From the NCBI GenBank assembly GCA_046484865.1, contig JAWOID010000057.1:1-33158 (forward strand): 33,158 bases of DNA. The letters run 5' to 3'. The position numbers and the translations under genes are program-made. Below the pieces are notes generated by a model. It was not told the DNA's origin and searched no databases. It saw only the letters and a list, made by a program, of their open reading frames with translations. Positions 17,412 to 26,327 of this stretch are shown in pieces (position 1 is the stretch's first letter; each line of letters starts with the position of its first letter). This DNA is from Candidatus Krumholzibacteriia bacterium. GTDB taxonomy: Bacteria; Krumholzibacteriota; Krumholzibacteriia; LZORAL124-64-63.

Positions 17412-17559
17412 GGCGAGACCCATGGTAAGTGCCCGGGCGCGCATCGCCAAGCCGCGGTCGCGGATTCGCCCGGCGCAGACACGCGGGCGCCGGCGGGCTA
17501 TACTCCCGGGTCACGGCCTGCCGACCCCGACCGGCAGGCGCCGAGGGAAGGAGCCCGGA

Positions 17560-18243
17560 GTGATCCGATCCGGTCGCCGCAGGCCACCGAGCGTCCTGAC
17601 CACCGCGCCTTTGCTGCTCGGAGCAGCGCTGGTCGCGCTGCTCGCCGGCACCAACGGCTGCGCGCCCAAGCGGGTGCTCGATCCGCCGCCGTCGGGCGCT
17701 TCGGCGGACCGTTCTTCGCCTTCCGCCCGCAGTACCCGGACGGCCCGCCCCGACACCGCGACCTCGTTCGACCTGCCCCGGCCGGGTTTCCGCCCTCGTT
17801 CCGGTCCGATCCAGGCGCCGGCGCCCGGCGGTGCGGAGGACGCCGTCCTCGGTGCCCGCGCCGCCGAGCTGGCCACGGCGCAGATCGGCAAGCCGTACAG
17901 CTTCGGGGCGATCGGCCCCGATCGGTTCGACTGTTCCGGGCTGATCTTCTTCGTCTACGGCTCGCTCGGCGTGAGCCTGCCCCGGGTGGCGCGCGACCAG
18001 ATGCGCGCGGGGGTGGGCGTCTCGCTGGCCGACGCTCGCCCCGGCGATCTCCTCTTCTTCCGCCTGCGCGGCAGCAACGTCGACCACGTAGGCATGTACC
18101 TGGGAGACGGCCGCTTCGTCCATGCCCCCAACCGGTCGCGGCCGATCTCGGTCGATCTGCTCGACGACTACTGGCGCCCGCGGCTCCGCACCGTGCGGCG
18201 CGTGCTTTCCCCTCAAGGCGACCCGCCCCCCGGCGAAGACTAG
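17560..18243 (+). CDS. NlpC/P60 (C40) peptidase lipoprotein
   Basis: AAGGAG RBS; TNGC lipobox; IGKPYSFG, FDCSG, PGDLLFF, HVGMYLG, FVHA. Confidence 0.92.
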   Translation: MIRSGRRRPPSVLTTAPLLLGAALVALLAGTNGCAPKRVLDPPPSGASADRSSPSARSTRTARPDTATSFDLPRPGFRPRSGPIQAPAPGGAEDAVLGARAAELATAQIGKPYSFGAIGPDRFDCSGLIFFVYGSLGVSLPRVARDQMRAGVGVSLADARPGDLLFFRLRGSNVDHVGMYLGDGRFVHAPNRSRPISVDLLDDYWRPRLRTVRRVLSPQGDPPPGED

Positions 18244-18317
18244 AACGATCGCCAGCAGATTCGGCGAGAACGTCATCATCCTGCCGGACGTCGAACCGGC
18301 GGGCGGGAGGTGCCGCG

Positions 18318-19208
18318 GTGAGCCGGCGGGAAGAGATCCTGAGCCAGGTACGTACGGTCCCCTCGCTGCCCGCAGTGGTCCTGAAGCTGAGGGAATACCT
18401 GAACGATCCCGAGGTGAGCTTCGACGACGTCGCCCGCGTCATCGAGTACGACCCCGGGCTGACGGCGAACGTGCTGCAGCTCGCCAACTCCGCCTTCTTC
18501 GGCTGGTCACGGGAGATCAGCTCGGTCAGGGACGCCGTGACCCGGCTGGGAACCCAGCGCGTGTTCCAGATGGTGCTGTGCATGTCGGTGGCGCCGCTCG
18601 TGCGCAAGCCGGTGCGCGGCTATGACCTGGACCCGGACGCGCTCTGGGAGCATTCCATAGCCGTGGCGATCTGCGCCGAACGGCTCGCGCAGAATCTGAA
18701 CCTCTCGGTCGGTGCCGACGCTTTCACCGCCGGGCTGCTGCACGACCTCGGCAAGGTCGTGCTCGGCACCTTCGTCGAGATCGACGACGAGCCGATCCGC
18801 GAGATCGTGGAACTGGACCGTCTGGCGTTCGACGAGTCGGAGCGGATGGTGCTGGGGATCGACCATGCCGAGGTGGCCGGCGTGCTGCTGCAGGAATGGA
18901 ACGTCCCGCCGGGAGTGGTGCAGGCGGCACGCTGGCACCACGAGCCGGGCCGGTGCGGGTCCGACCACCAGTTGCTCGCCGACCTGGTGCATGTGTCCGA
19001 CGTGCTCTGCCTGAACGTGGGCTGGGGACTGGGCAGCGACGGCAGGCAGTACCGGCTCGACGAGCGGGCGGCCGCCCGCCTCGACGTGAACATCGCCGCA
19101 GCCGAGGATGTGGTGCTCGCGGTGGTGAACGGGCTGGAGGAGATGCATGCCCTCTTCCAGCCGGAGACCGCGGAGGTCAGCGGCGGCGCACGACAGCTCG
19201 CTCGCTGA
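18318..19208 (+). CDS. HDOD domain protein
   Basis: VPSLP, DPGLTANVLQLANSAFFG, LWEHSIAVA, GLLHDLGK, GIDHAEVA, WHH; GGGAGG RBS before GTG. Confidence 0.93.
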   Translation: MSRREEILSQVRTVPSLPAVVLKLREYLNDPEVSFDDVARVIEYDPGLTANVLQLANSAFFGWSREISSVRDAVTRLGTQRVFQMVLCMSVAPLVRKPVRGYDLDPDALWEHSIAVAICAERLAQNLNLSVGADAFTAGLLHDLGKVVLGTFVEIDDEPIREIVELDRLAFDESERMVLGIDHAEVAGVLLQEWNVPPGVVQAARWHHEPGRCGSDHQLLADLVHVSDVLCLNVGWGLGSDGRQYRLDERAAARLDVNIAAAEDVVLAVVNGLEEMHALFQPETAEVSGGARQLAR

Positions 19209-19438
19209 TCACGCGACGGCGGAGCCCGGCCTTCGTGATCGGCGCAGTCGCCGCGGTGGCGCTCTTCCATGACCTGCATGACCTGGCCTGTCGCTGCTCC
19301 GCACGCGTGATCTGGCGCCGGCGGCGCCCATCGGTTCTTGTCAGCCACGGTCGCGGTGATGTAGATTGCTCGCCTTGCCCGCGGACGGATCCGCGTCCGG
19401 GGTACTCGCACACGCCTATCGCCAACGAGGAGAGAACG

Positions 19439-20035
19439 ATGCGATTCCCGCGCCCCTGCGTTCCCGTGGCTCTTCTGCTGGTCGTGCTCGCCGCCGCGCC
19501 CGCCGCCGCCGACGAGATCCGGGATCAGATCGACCAGGCCATCCAGATGTACAACGACGGCGACTACGCCGGTGCAGCATCGGAGCTGGAATTCGCGGCG
19601 GCGCAGATCCGCCAGCTCCGCGCCGGAGAGATCTCCGGCGCGCTCCCCGAGCCGTTGCCGGGCTGGAATGCCGAGGATGCCGAGACCGCTGCCATGGGCG
19701 CGGCGTTCTTCGGCGGCGGCACCAGCGCCAGCCGCCGGTACACGAACGACGAGGCCAGCATCGAGATCCAGATCACCACCGATTCGCCCATGATGCAGTC
19801 GCTCTCGATGCTCATGAGCAACCCCATGCTCATGAGAGGCAGCGGGCAGAAGCTGGTGCGCGTGCAGGGCCACAAGGCCAGCCTGGAATGGGAAGACGAC
19901 GGCGGCGAGTTGAACGTGGTGGTGAACGGCACCGTGCTGGTGGCGGTGGAGGGCAGCGGCTGCACCGAGAAGGACCTGATGGCCTACGCCGAGGCCGTCG
20001 ACTACGAGAAGATCAAGCAGATCATCGGCAACTGA
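19439..20035 (+). CDS. Secreted hypothetical protein
   Basis: GAGGAG RBS; signal peptide ending PAAA; strongly GC3-biased codons; LPEPLPGW motif. Confidence 0.8.
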   Translation: MRFPRPCVPVALLLVVLAAAPAAADEIRDQIDQAIQMYNDGDYAGAASELEFAAAQIRQLRAGEISGALPEPLPGWNAEDAETAAMGAAFFGGGTSASRRYTNDEASIEIQITTDSPMMQSLSMLMSNPMLMRGSGQKLVRVQGHKASLEWEDDGGELNVVVNGTVLVAVEGSGCTEKDLMAYAEAVDYEKIKQIIGN

Positions 20036-20122
20036 CCGGTCGCGGTCGGACGTGCCGCCCGGCCAGGACCAAGGGCGAGTCCCGCTCGGCCGCTGCCCGT
20101 CAGCGGCCGAGCACCGTCAGGG

Positions 20123-20635
20123 TCACGAGCGATCGCCCGCCTGCCAGATGAGGATCACGTGCACCCGGAGTGCGCCGGGGCCCGCGAGGCTCCGGACGAG
20201 TCCCGGCACGCCGCTAGCGATGAACTCGAGGCATCGCCGCCCCTCCATGAAGAGGGGCAGTCCGATCTGCACGCGGCCGGCCGCCTGCAGGCGCCTGGAC
20301 TTCATGACGCCACCGGCCACGCTGGCGATCTCGCCCAGGGCGTCGGCCAGGTCCTCCACGGCAGGTTCCTCGTCGTCGCCCATGGCGAGGAGGATGCGGG
20401 CCAGGTGCGCCGCGCTCGGGCGGTCGGCCATCACGGCCAGATTCCAGGCGCCTCGCTCGCTGCTGAGCGCGACATTGCTGCCGACCGCCACGTCGGTCTC
20501 GCGGAGGTCCGGAAGGCCGCTCTCGACCTCGAACCGCAGGCCCGTCTGGATCTCGCAGGTGTCCACCACCGACGCGACGGCCTCGCGCAGCACCTCGGCG
20601 GGCATGCATCTCTGGGCGGCGATCCCGGTCCTCAC
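20123..20635 (-). CDS. CheX-like chemotaxis phosphatase
   Basis: DALGEIASVAGG and IGLP resemble CheX (D..GE..N..G, LP); GTGA overlap with the upstream receiver gene; alternative start ATG 20605. Confidence 0.7.
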   Translation of the reverse strand: MRTGIAAQRCMPAEVLREAVASVVDTCEIQTGLRFEVESGLPDLRETDVAVGSNVALSSERGAWNLAVMADRPSAAHLARILLAMGDDEEPAVEDLADALGEIASVAGGVMKSRRLQAAGRVQIGLPLFMEGRRCLEFIASGVPGLVRSLAGPGALRVHVILIWQAGDRS

Positions 20636-20994
20636 GACACGAGCGCCCCCAGGACCTCGGCCATGTCGTCCGCGGTGAACGGTTTTCCGAGCAGGAACAG
20701 CGCACCTGCGTTCCGGGCGGCCTCCACCATCTCGGGCGTGTTCTCCGAGGTGACGAACCCGAACGGGATGACGCAGCCCTCGGCGTTCAGGGCGGCGAGG
20801 AACTCGATCCCGGTCATCTCGGGCATGTGCCAGTCGGACAGGATCAGGTCGGGCTGCTCGGCTTTGGTCACCTCGAGCGCCTCGCGTCCGTTCTCCGCCT
20901 CGACGAACTCGTGCCCGGTGAATCCGGCCTGACGAATGGTCCTCGCGACGATCCGGCGCATGGCGCGCGAGTCGTCCACCACCAGGATCTTCAT
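20632..20994 (-). CDS. Single-domain CheY-like response regulator
   Basis: KILVVDDS, ILSDWHMPEMTG, FVTSE, LGKPF; AGGAGAGG RBS. Confidence 0.93.
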   Translation of the reverse strand: MKILVVDDSRAMRRIVARTIRQAGFTGHEFVEAENGREALEVTKAEQPDLILSDWHMPEMTGIEFLAALNAEGCVIPFGFVTSENTPEMVEAARNAGALFLLGKPFTADDMAEVLGALVS

Positions 20995-21082
20995 GCCTCT
21001 CCTCCTGCCCGCGTCCGGCGTGGTTCTCCGGATCTGGCAGCAAGAAGCGGACCTGGGACCGGACATGCGTTTCGCGGGAGGG

Positions 21083-22375
21083 TCAGTTCGCGGTCTCGGG
21101 CGGGCCCGGCTCCGGCTCGTCGGCCGCGGCCGGGTCGGCCCGGGCCACGGTCGTGGTGGGCGCGTCGGACGGGACCACGCGTCCCTCCGGGCCGATCGTC
21201 AGACGTTCCGAGGCCAGCAGCGACTCGTCGACGGCGGCTTCGAGGTCCATGGCGGCTGACTGGCGCAGGAGATCGCGCGCGCGGGCATCGAGCACGGGCC
21301 GCGGGGAGCGGATGGAGCAGCAGTCCCGGTAGGGCTGGATCGAGACCTGGAACGCGCCGATCCGCTCCGACCGGGCGGTGATCTCCGTCTTGTCCAGGCC
21401 CACCAGTGGCCGGAAGATGGGCAGCTCCACGTCCGGGGCGATGGCGGCGATGTTGTGGATCGTCTGGCTGGCCACCTGCCCCAGGCTGTCGCCGGTCACC
21501 AGCGCCTGGCAGTTCTGGCGCCAGGCCAGGCGGGCCGCGGTGCGCATCATGAACCGGCGGAACATGACCATGTCGTGGCTTTCGGGGACGGTTCCGATGG
21601 CGCGCAGTTCGTACGGGACCACCGGCACCAGGTGCAGCTTCAGCGGCTGAGGCGCGTAGCGCGCCAGGATCCGTACCAGTTCCTCGATCTTGTCCGCGTC
21701 GGCCTCGGCGTAGCTGCGTCCGGAGTAGAAGTGGACGAACTCCGGCCGGCAGCCGCGGCGCATCATCAGCCACGCCGCCACCGGCGAGTCGATGCCGCCG
21801 GAGAGCAGACACATGACGCGCCCGCTGGCCCCCAGGGGCAGGCCGCCGTGTCCCGCGATCTTCTCGCCGAACACCAGGATGTGTCGCTGCAGCACCAGCA
21901 CGTTGACGGTGAAGTCGGGCGCCGACATGCGGGCCGGCAACCCGAGGGCGTCGCCCACCGCCTTGCCCACGCGCTGGTTGATCTCGGGGGAGGGCACGGG
22001 GAAGTCGCGATCGCTGCGGCGGCTGTCCACCCTGAAGTTGCGCGCTTCGCCCGCGTGCCGGCGAGCGAGTTCGGCCGCCAGGCCCTCGACGCGGACGAGG
22101 TCGTCCTCCGGCTGCGAACGCACCACCGGGATGGCGGGCGAAACCCACTGGACACCGAACACCCGGGCGAGCTTCTCGCCGACCTGTGGGGCGCGCGCGG
22201 GATCGTCGAGCCAGACCAGGAACCGGCTCTCCACGTGCTCGATCCGTCCTGCCGACTCGCCGCGGACCGCCGCTCGCAGGTTGTTCACCAGCCGCCGCTG
22301 GAACAGGGGACGGTTCTTCCCCTTCAGGGCGATCTCGGCGTAGGTGACGACGATCACGGGCGTGCTGAGGTCCAC
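21083..22375 (-). CDS. thiI: tRNA 4-thiouridine synthase ThiI (THUMP + PP-loop, no rhodanese domain)
   Basis: YAEIALKGKNR, VFGV, GGLPLG, LLSGGIDSPVA, TGDSLGQVASQT, RPLVGLDK, DCC. Confidence 0.93.
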   Translation of the reverse strand: MDLSTPVIVVTYAEIALKGKNRPLFQRRLVNNLRAAVRGESAGRIEHVESRFLVWLDDPARAPQVGEKLARVFGVQWVSPAIPVVRSQPEDDLVRVEGLAAELARRHAGEARNFRVDSRRSDRDFPVPSPEINQRVGKAVGDALGLPARMSAPDFTVNVLVLQRHILVFGEKIAGHGGLPLGASGRVMCLLSGGIDSPVAAWLMMRRGCRPEFVHFYSGRSYAEADADKIEELVRILARYAPQPLKLHLVPVVPYELRAIGTVPESHDMVMFRRFMMRTAARLAWRQNCQALVTGDSLGQVASQTIHNIAAIAPDVELPIFRPLVGLDKTEITARSERIGAFQVSIQPYRDCCSIRSPRPVLDARARDLLRQSAAMDLEAAVDESLLASERLTIGPEGRVVPSDAPTTTVARADPAAADEPEPGPPETAN

Positions 22376-22595
22376 GGAACCATCCTCGGAAAACCGACAG
22401 GGCCGGAAATCGCCGTTGCGGGCGCCGGGGCGCGGGGTATCCTGATCAGGAACGCCGGCGGGGCGCGGGCTCTGGGCGCCGGCGTGCAGCGCGAGAGACT
22501 CGAATAATGAAGCAGCCCGGCGGCTGCACGCAAGGCCGGCGGCGCTGGCGCACCCGCGGCGGGTACCGCCGGCGGCACCAACGGAGGTCGCAGGC

Positions 22596-23912
22596 ATGGT
22601 CGGTCCGGTCATCTCCCTCGACGTCAGCGGCACCGAGAGGTATCTCCCGCCGGACGCGCTCTCCGCGCTCGCTGCGCCGGTGGCGGAGATCGCCGCCGAT
22701 CTCGAGGCCCGCCGGGGCCCCGGCGCGGAGTTCCTCGGCTGGCTGGACCTGCCGGAGCGCATCGGCGAGGCCGAACTGAGCGCCTACGAGGAGACGGCGA
22801 CCCGCGCCCGGGACAGCGAGTTCTTCATCGTGATCGGGATCGGCGGCTCGTACCTGGGCGCTCGCGCGGTCCTCGAGGCCCTGCAGCCACGTCACACCGG
22901 TCGCGGCCCGCAGGTGCTCTTCGCCGGGCACGGGCTCGCGGCCGCCGAACTGGACCGGCTGCTCGGGGAGATCCGCGACCGCGAGGTGCGCCTGTGCGTC
23001 ATCTCCAAGTCGGGCACCACCCTCGAGCCGGCCGTGGCGTTCCGGGTCCTGCGCGAGCGCATGGTGGAGCGCTACGGGCGCGAGGTGGCGGCCCGCCGCA
23101 TCATCGCCATCACCGATGCCGAGCGAGGCGCCCTGCGCCGGCTGGCGGACGCGGAGGGTTACCGTACCTTCGTGGTGCCCGAGGACGTCGGCGGACGATT
23201 CTCCGTCCTGACCCCGGTGGGCCTGCTGCCGCTGGCGGTGGCCGGCGTCGACGTGCGCGCCCTGGTCTCGGGCGCCGCCGAGATGCGCGAGCGGTGCCGC
23301 GCCGTCGAGTTGCGCGAGAACCCGGCCCACCTGTACGCCGCCTGCCGTCACGCGCTGTACGAGCGGGGCTTCGTCGTGGAGGTGCTGAGCGCGTTCCATC
23401 CCGACCTGCGCCTGGTGCTGGAGTGGTGGAAGCAGCTCTTCGGCGAGAGCGAGGGGAAGGACGGCCGCGGTATCTTCCCCGCCAGCGCGGTCTTCACCAC
23501 CGACCTGCACAGCCTCGGGCAGTATCTGCAGGACGGCCGGCGGATGCTCCTGGAGACGCTCCTCCACGTGCGGGAGACCGCCGCCGGGCTGCGGGTGCCG
23601 CCGGTGCCGGAGGACGGCGAGCCGGGCGGTGGCGACGGTCTCGGCTACCTGGTGGGACGGTCCCTCGACGAGATCAACCATCACGCCTACCTGGGCACGC
23701 GCGCTGCGCACGTGGACGGGGGGGTGCCGTGCCTGTCTCTGGAGTTGCAGCGCCTGGACGCCGTCACCGTGGGGGCCTTGCTGTACATGTTCGAGAAGGC
23801 GGTGGCGGTGAGCGCGCGACTGCTGGGCGTGAACCCCTTCGATCAGCCGGGCGTGGAGGCGTACAAGAGCGAGATGTTCCGGCTCCTGGGCAGACCGGAG
23901 GCCCGAGGGTGA
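22596..23912 (+). CDS. pgi: Glucose-6-phosphate isomerase
   Basis: GWLDLP, IGIGGSYLG, ISKSGTTLE, VGGRFSVL, QLFGESEGK, DLHSLGQ, NPFDQPGVEAYK. Confidence 0.97.
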   Translation: MVGPVISLDVSGTERYLPPDALSALAAPVAEIAADLEARRGPGAEFLGWLDLPERIGEAELSAYEETATRARDSEFFIVIGIGGSYLGARAVLEALQPRHTGRGPQVLFAGHGLAAAELDRLLGEIRDREVRLCVISKSGTTLEPAVAFRVLRERMVERYGREVAARRIIAITDAERGALRRLADAEGYRTFVVPEDVGGRFSVLTPVGLLPLAVAGVDVRALVSGAAEMRERCRAVELRENPAHLYAACRHALYERGFVVEVLSAFHPDLRLVLEWWKQLFGESEGKDGRGIFPASAVFTTDLHSLGQYLQDGRRMLLETLLHVRETAAGLRVPPVPEDGEPGGGDGLGYLVGRSLDEINHHAYLGTRAAHVDGGVPCLSLELQRLDAVTVGALLYMFEKAVAVSARLLGVNPFDQPGVEAYKSEMFRLLGRPEARG

Positions 23913-24463
23913 CCCGCGCGGAACTCGCCGCGCTGGTGGACCGCGAAGACCATTCCGCGCTGGTGGATATGGCCCGTGCGCGGGTGGGCCGGGTGCTGCG
24001 GTATCTGACCGGCCGCCTCTACACCGACGATCCCGAGGAGAAGATGCGGGCGGTGCGCGCCCTGGGGGCGGTGTGCGCCGACCGCCAGGCCGTGGATCGC
24101 ACCCGCGCCGCCGACACGCTGCGCCGCTTCTTCTGGGCTCTGAACGACGAGTCGGGAGCCGTACCGTACGGCGTGCCCGAGGCGATCGGCGAGATCCTCG
24201 CCGTGAGGCCGGAGTTGCAGGCCGACTTCCTGCCGCTGCTCTGCTCCCTGATCACCCACGAAGAGATGCTGCAGACCGGTCCCATCGAGCGGGGGGCGAT
24301 CTGGGCGCTCGGCCGGGTGGGACCGCCGGTGGCCGCCGGCTCGCCGGCCGCCGTGCAGGCGCTGCGCCACGCGGCACGGCGGCACGAGGATCCGGAAGCC
24401 CGGCGCCTGGCGGTGGCGGCGCTCGAGGAGGTGCAACCGCCCCGGCTGCACGAACTGGGGTGA
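23909..24463 (+). CDS. HEAT-repeat protein, DVU0298-like
   Basis: GTGA overlap with the pgi stop; RRFFWALNDESGAVPYGVPEAIGEI, GAIWALGRVG. Confidence 0.75.
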   Translation: MTRAELAALVDREDHSALVDMARARVGRVLRYLTGRLYTDDPEEKMRAVRALGAVCADRQAVDRTRAADTLRRFFWALNDESGAVPYGVPEAIGEILAVRPELQADFLPLLCSLITHEEMLQTGPIERGAIWALGRVGPPVAAGSPAAVQALRHAARRHEDPEARRLAVAALEEVQPPRLHELG

Positions 24464-24632
24464 AGCCCGCCGCAGGCGCCCGGGCTCCAGGGGTCGTCGC
24501 CGCCGGCGTCCGGCCGGGCGCCCATCGGGCCGGCTCCGACCGTTCACCGCGCGCTCGAACCGCTTCATCTCCAACGACTTCCCACGTGGCCGAGGGGGGC
24601 TTCCGATCTCGTCGATCGGCAGACCTTTTTCC

Positions 24633-24661
24633 TTTACTTCCCTCCCCCTGCTCATTACTGT
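24633..24661 (+). promoter_or_regulatory. sigma70-type promoter of the dsrMKJOP operon
   Basis: TTTACT-N17-TACTGT in an AT-rich patch about 30 bp before ATG 24694. Confidence 0.6.
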
Positions 24662-24675
24662 TAAGTTTCTAACAG
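24658..24675. promoter_or_regulatory. 18-bp palindromic operator, Rex-box-like
   Basis: CTGTTAAGTTTCTAACAG (CTGTTA-N6-TAACAG) overlapping the -10 element. Confidence 0.55.
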
Positions 24676-24693
24676 CAGCAGGGGTTGCGGCTT

Positions 24694-25236
24694 ATGGCAT
24701 TGCAGGATCATCTCTTAGGCCGTAAGGCGGCGCTGGCGCGAGCGTGGTACGAGCGGATCCTCACCACCTATCCCGCCGAGAGCGCCCGTCTCCTGGGCCG
24801 CAACACGGAGTCCTTCGGCAACCCGGTGGGCCAGACGATGATGCCGGCTCTCGAGGCGATCGTCGAGGGGCTCGCCACGGGTGCGAACCCGGAGGTCGTG
24901 CGCCCCCACCTCGACGCCATCATCCGCATCCGGGCAGTCCAGACCATGCGCCCGGGCGTCGCGCTGGTGTTCCTGGTGCAGCTCAAGGACCTGGTGCGGG
25001 ACGAGGCGCAGGCATCCGGGGCCGATGCGGCGGAGGTACGCGCCCTCGAGGAGAGCATCGACGGCGCGCTGCTGCTGTCGTTCGATCTGTACACCGCCTG
25101 CCGCGAGCAGGTGCACGGCCTCCGGCAGCGCGACCAGCGCCGCCGGACCGAGGCGATGACCCCGGGACGGCCGGGCGGCGTGGCCCGCCGGGACGACCAC
25201 GGCAACGACGACGCGCCCGACGAACCGGGACGATGA
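24694..25236 (+). CDS. RsbRD N-terminal domain protein (DsrT-like) preceding dsrM
   Basis: WYERILTTYP..FGNPVG..LDAIIRIRAVQ..LLLSFDLYTACREQV; position directly upstream of dsrM. Confidence 0.82.
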   Translation: MALQDHLLGRKAALARAWYERILTTYPAESARLLGRNTESFGNPVGQTMMPALEAIVEGLATGANPEVVRPHLDAIIRIRAVQTMRPGVALVFLVQLKDLVRDEAQASGADAAEVRALEESIDGALLLSFDLYTACREQVHGLRQRDQRRRTEAMTPGRPGGVARRDDHGNDDAPDEPGR

Positions 25237-25309
25237 TCCCCGTCCGGTCGCGTCGCGGATCCTGGGTGATCTGCCGCGACCACCACCGGGAACAGGGAGG
25301 CAGCGCTCG

Positions 25310-26314
25310 ATGAAAGTCCTGATAGCCCTGGGGGCCGTGGCCCTGCTGTCGCTGGTCGCCTTCGGCGCGGGAGCCCAGTTCCACGTGGTGTTCGGCGTGG
25401 TCCTGCCCGGCGTGGCCCTGGCGGTCTTCGTGGTGGGGCTGATCGTCCGGGTGGTGAACTGGGCCCGCACGCCGGTGCCGTTCAAGATCACCACCACCTG
25501 CGGACAGCAGAAGTCCCTCGCCGGGATCGAGTACAGCGCCCTGGACTGTCCGCCGGACCGCAAGCATGCCTTCCTGCGCATGGCCCTGGAGGTGCTGTTC
25601 TTCCGGTCGCTGTTCCGGAACACCCGCGCGTCGCTGACGCGGGACGAGCGGCGGCTGGTCTACGGCTCGAGCAAGTGGCTGTGGCTCTTCGCCATCATGT
25701 TCCACTACGCCTTCCTGGTGGTGGTGATCCGCCACCTGCGTTTCTTCATGAACCCCGTGCCCGGCTTCGTGGACCTGGTGGACAGGGTGGACGGCATGTT
25801 CGAGATCGGCGTGCCGGGGCTCTACATCACCAGCGCCCTGCTCATCGGTGCGCTCGGGTTCCTGCTGGTGCGCCGGCTGTATGACGCGCAGGTCCGCTTC
25901 ATGTCCCTGACCAGCGATTACTTCGCGCTCTTCCTGCTGCTGGGGATCGCGGTCAGCGGGGCCGTGCTGCGTTACACGCCCCTGCGGGTGGACATCGTCC
26001 AGGTGAAGCAGCTCGCCATGGGCATCTGGACCATGAACCCGATGCCGGTGGAGGGCGCCAGCGGCGTCTTCTACGTGCATCTCTTCCTGGTGAGCGTGCT
26101 GCTGGCGTACTTCCCCTTCAGCAAGCTCGTGCATGCGCCGGGGATCTTCTTCAGCCCGACGCGCAACCTGCCCAACGACAACCGCGCCGTCCGGCACGTG
26201 AACCCCTGGGCCCAGGAGCTGCCCAACCGCACCCACAGCTACGCCGCCTGGGAGCGCGAGTGGGCGACCCAGCTCGAGGGCGCCGGCTTCGAGCTCGAAG
26301 CCAAGCAGAAGTAG
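25310..26314 (+). CDS. dsrM: DsrM, membrane cytochrome b (NarI-like)
   Basis: WARTPVPFKITTTCGQQKSL, EVLFFRSLFRN, FHYAF..IRHLRFF, YFPFSKLVH..FFSPTRN. Confidence 0.95.
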   Translation: MKVLIALGAVALLSLVAFGAGAQFHVVFGVVLPGVALAVFVVGLIVRVVNWARTPVPFKITTTCGQQKSLAGIEYSALDCPPDRKHAFLRMALEVLFFRSLFRNTRASLTRDERRLVYGSSKWLWLFAIMFHYAFLVVVIRHLRFFMNPVPGFVDLVDRVDGMFEIGVPGLYITSALLIGALGFLLVRRLYDAQVRFMSLTSDYFALFLLLGIAVSGAVLRYTPLRVDIVQVKQLAMGIWTMNPMPVEGASGVFYVHLFLVSVLLAYFPFSKLVHAPGIFFSPTRNLPNDNRAVRHVNPWAQELPNRTHSYAAWEREWATQLEGAGFELEAKQK

Positions 26315-26327
26315 GAGGGGGAGATCA

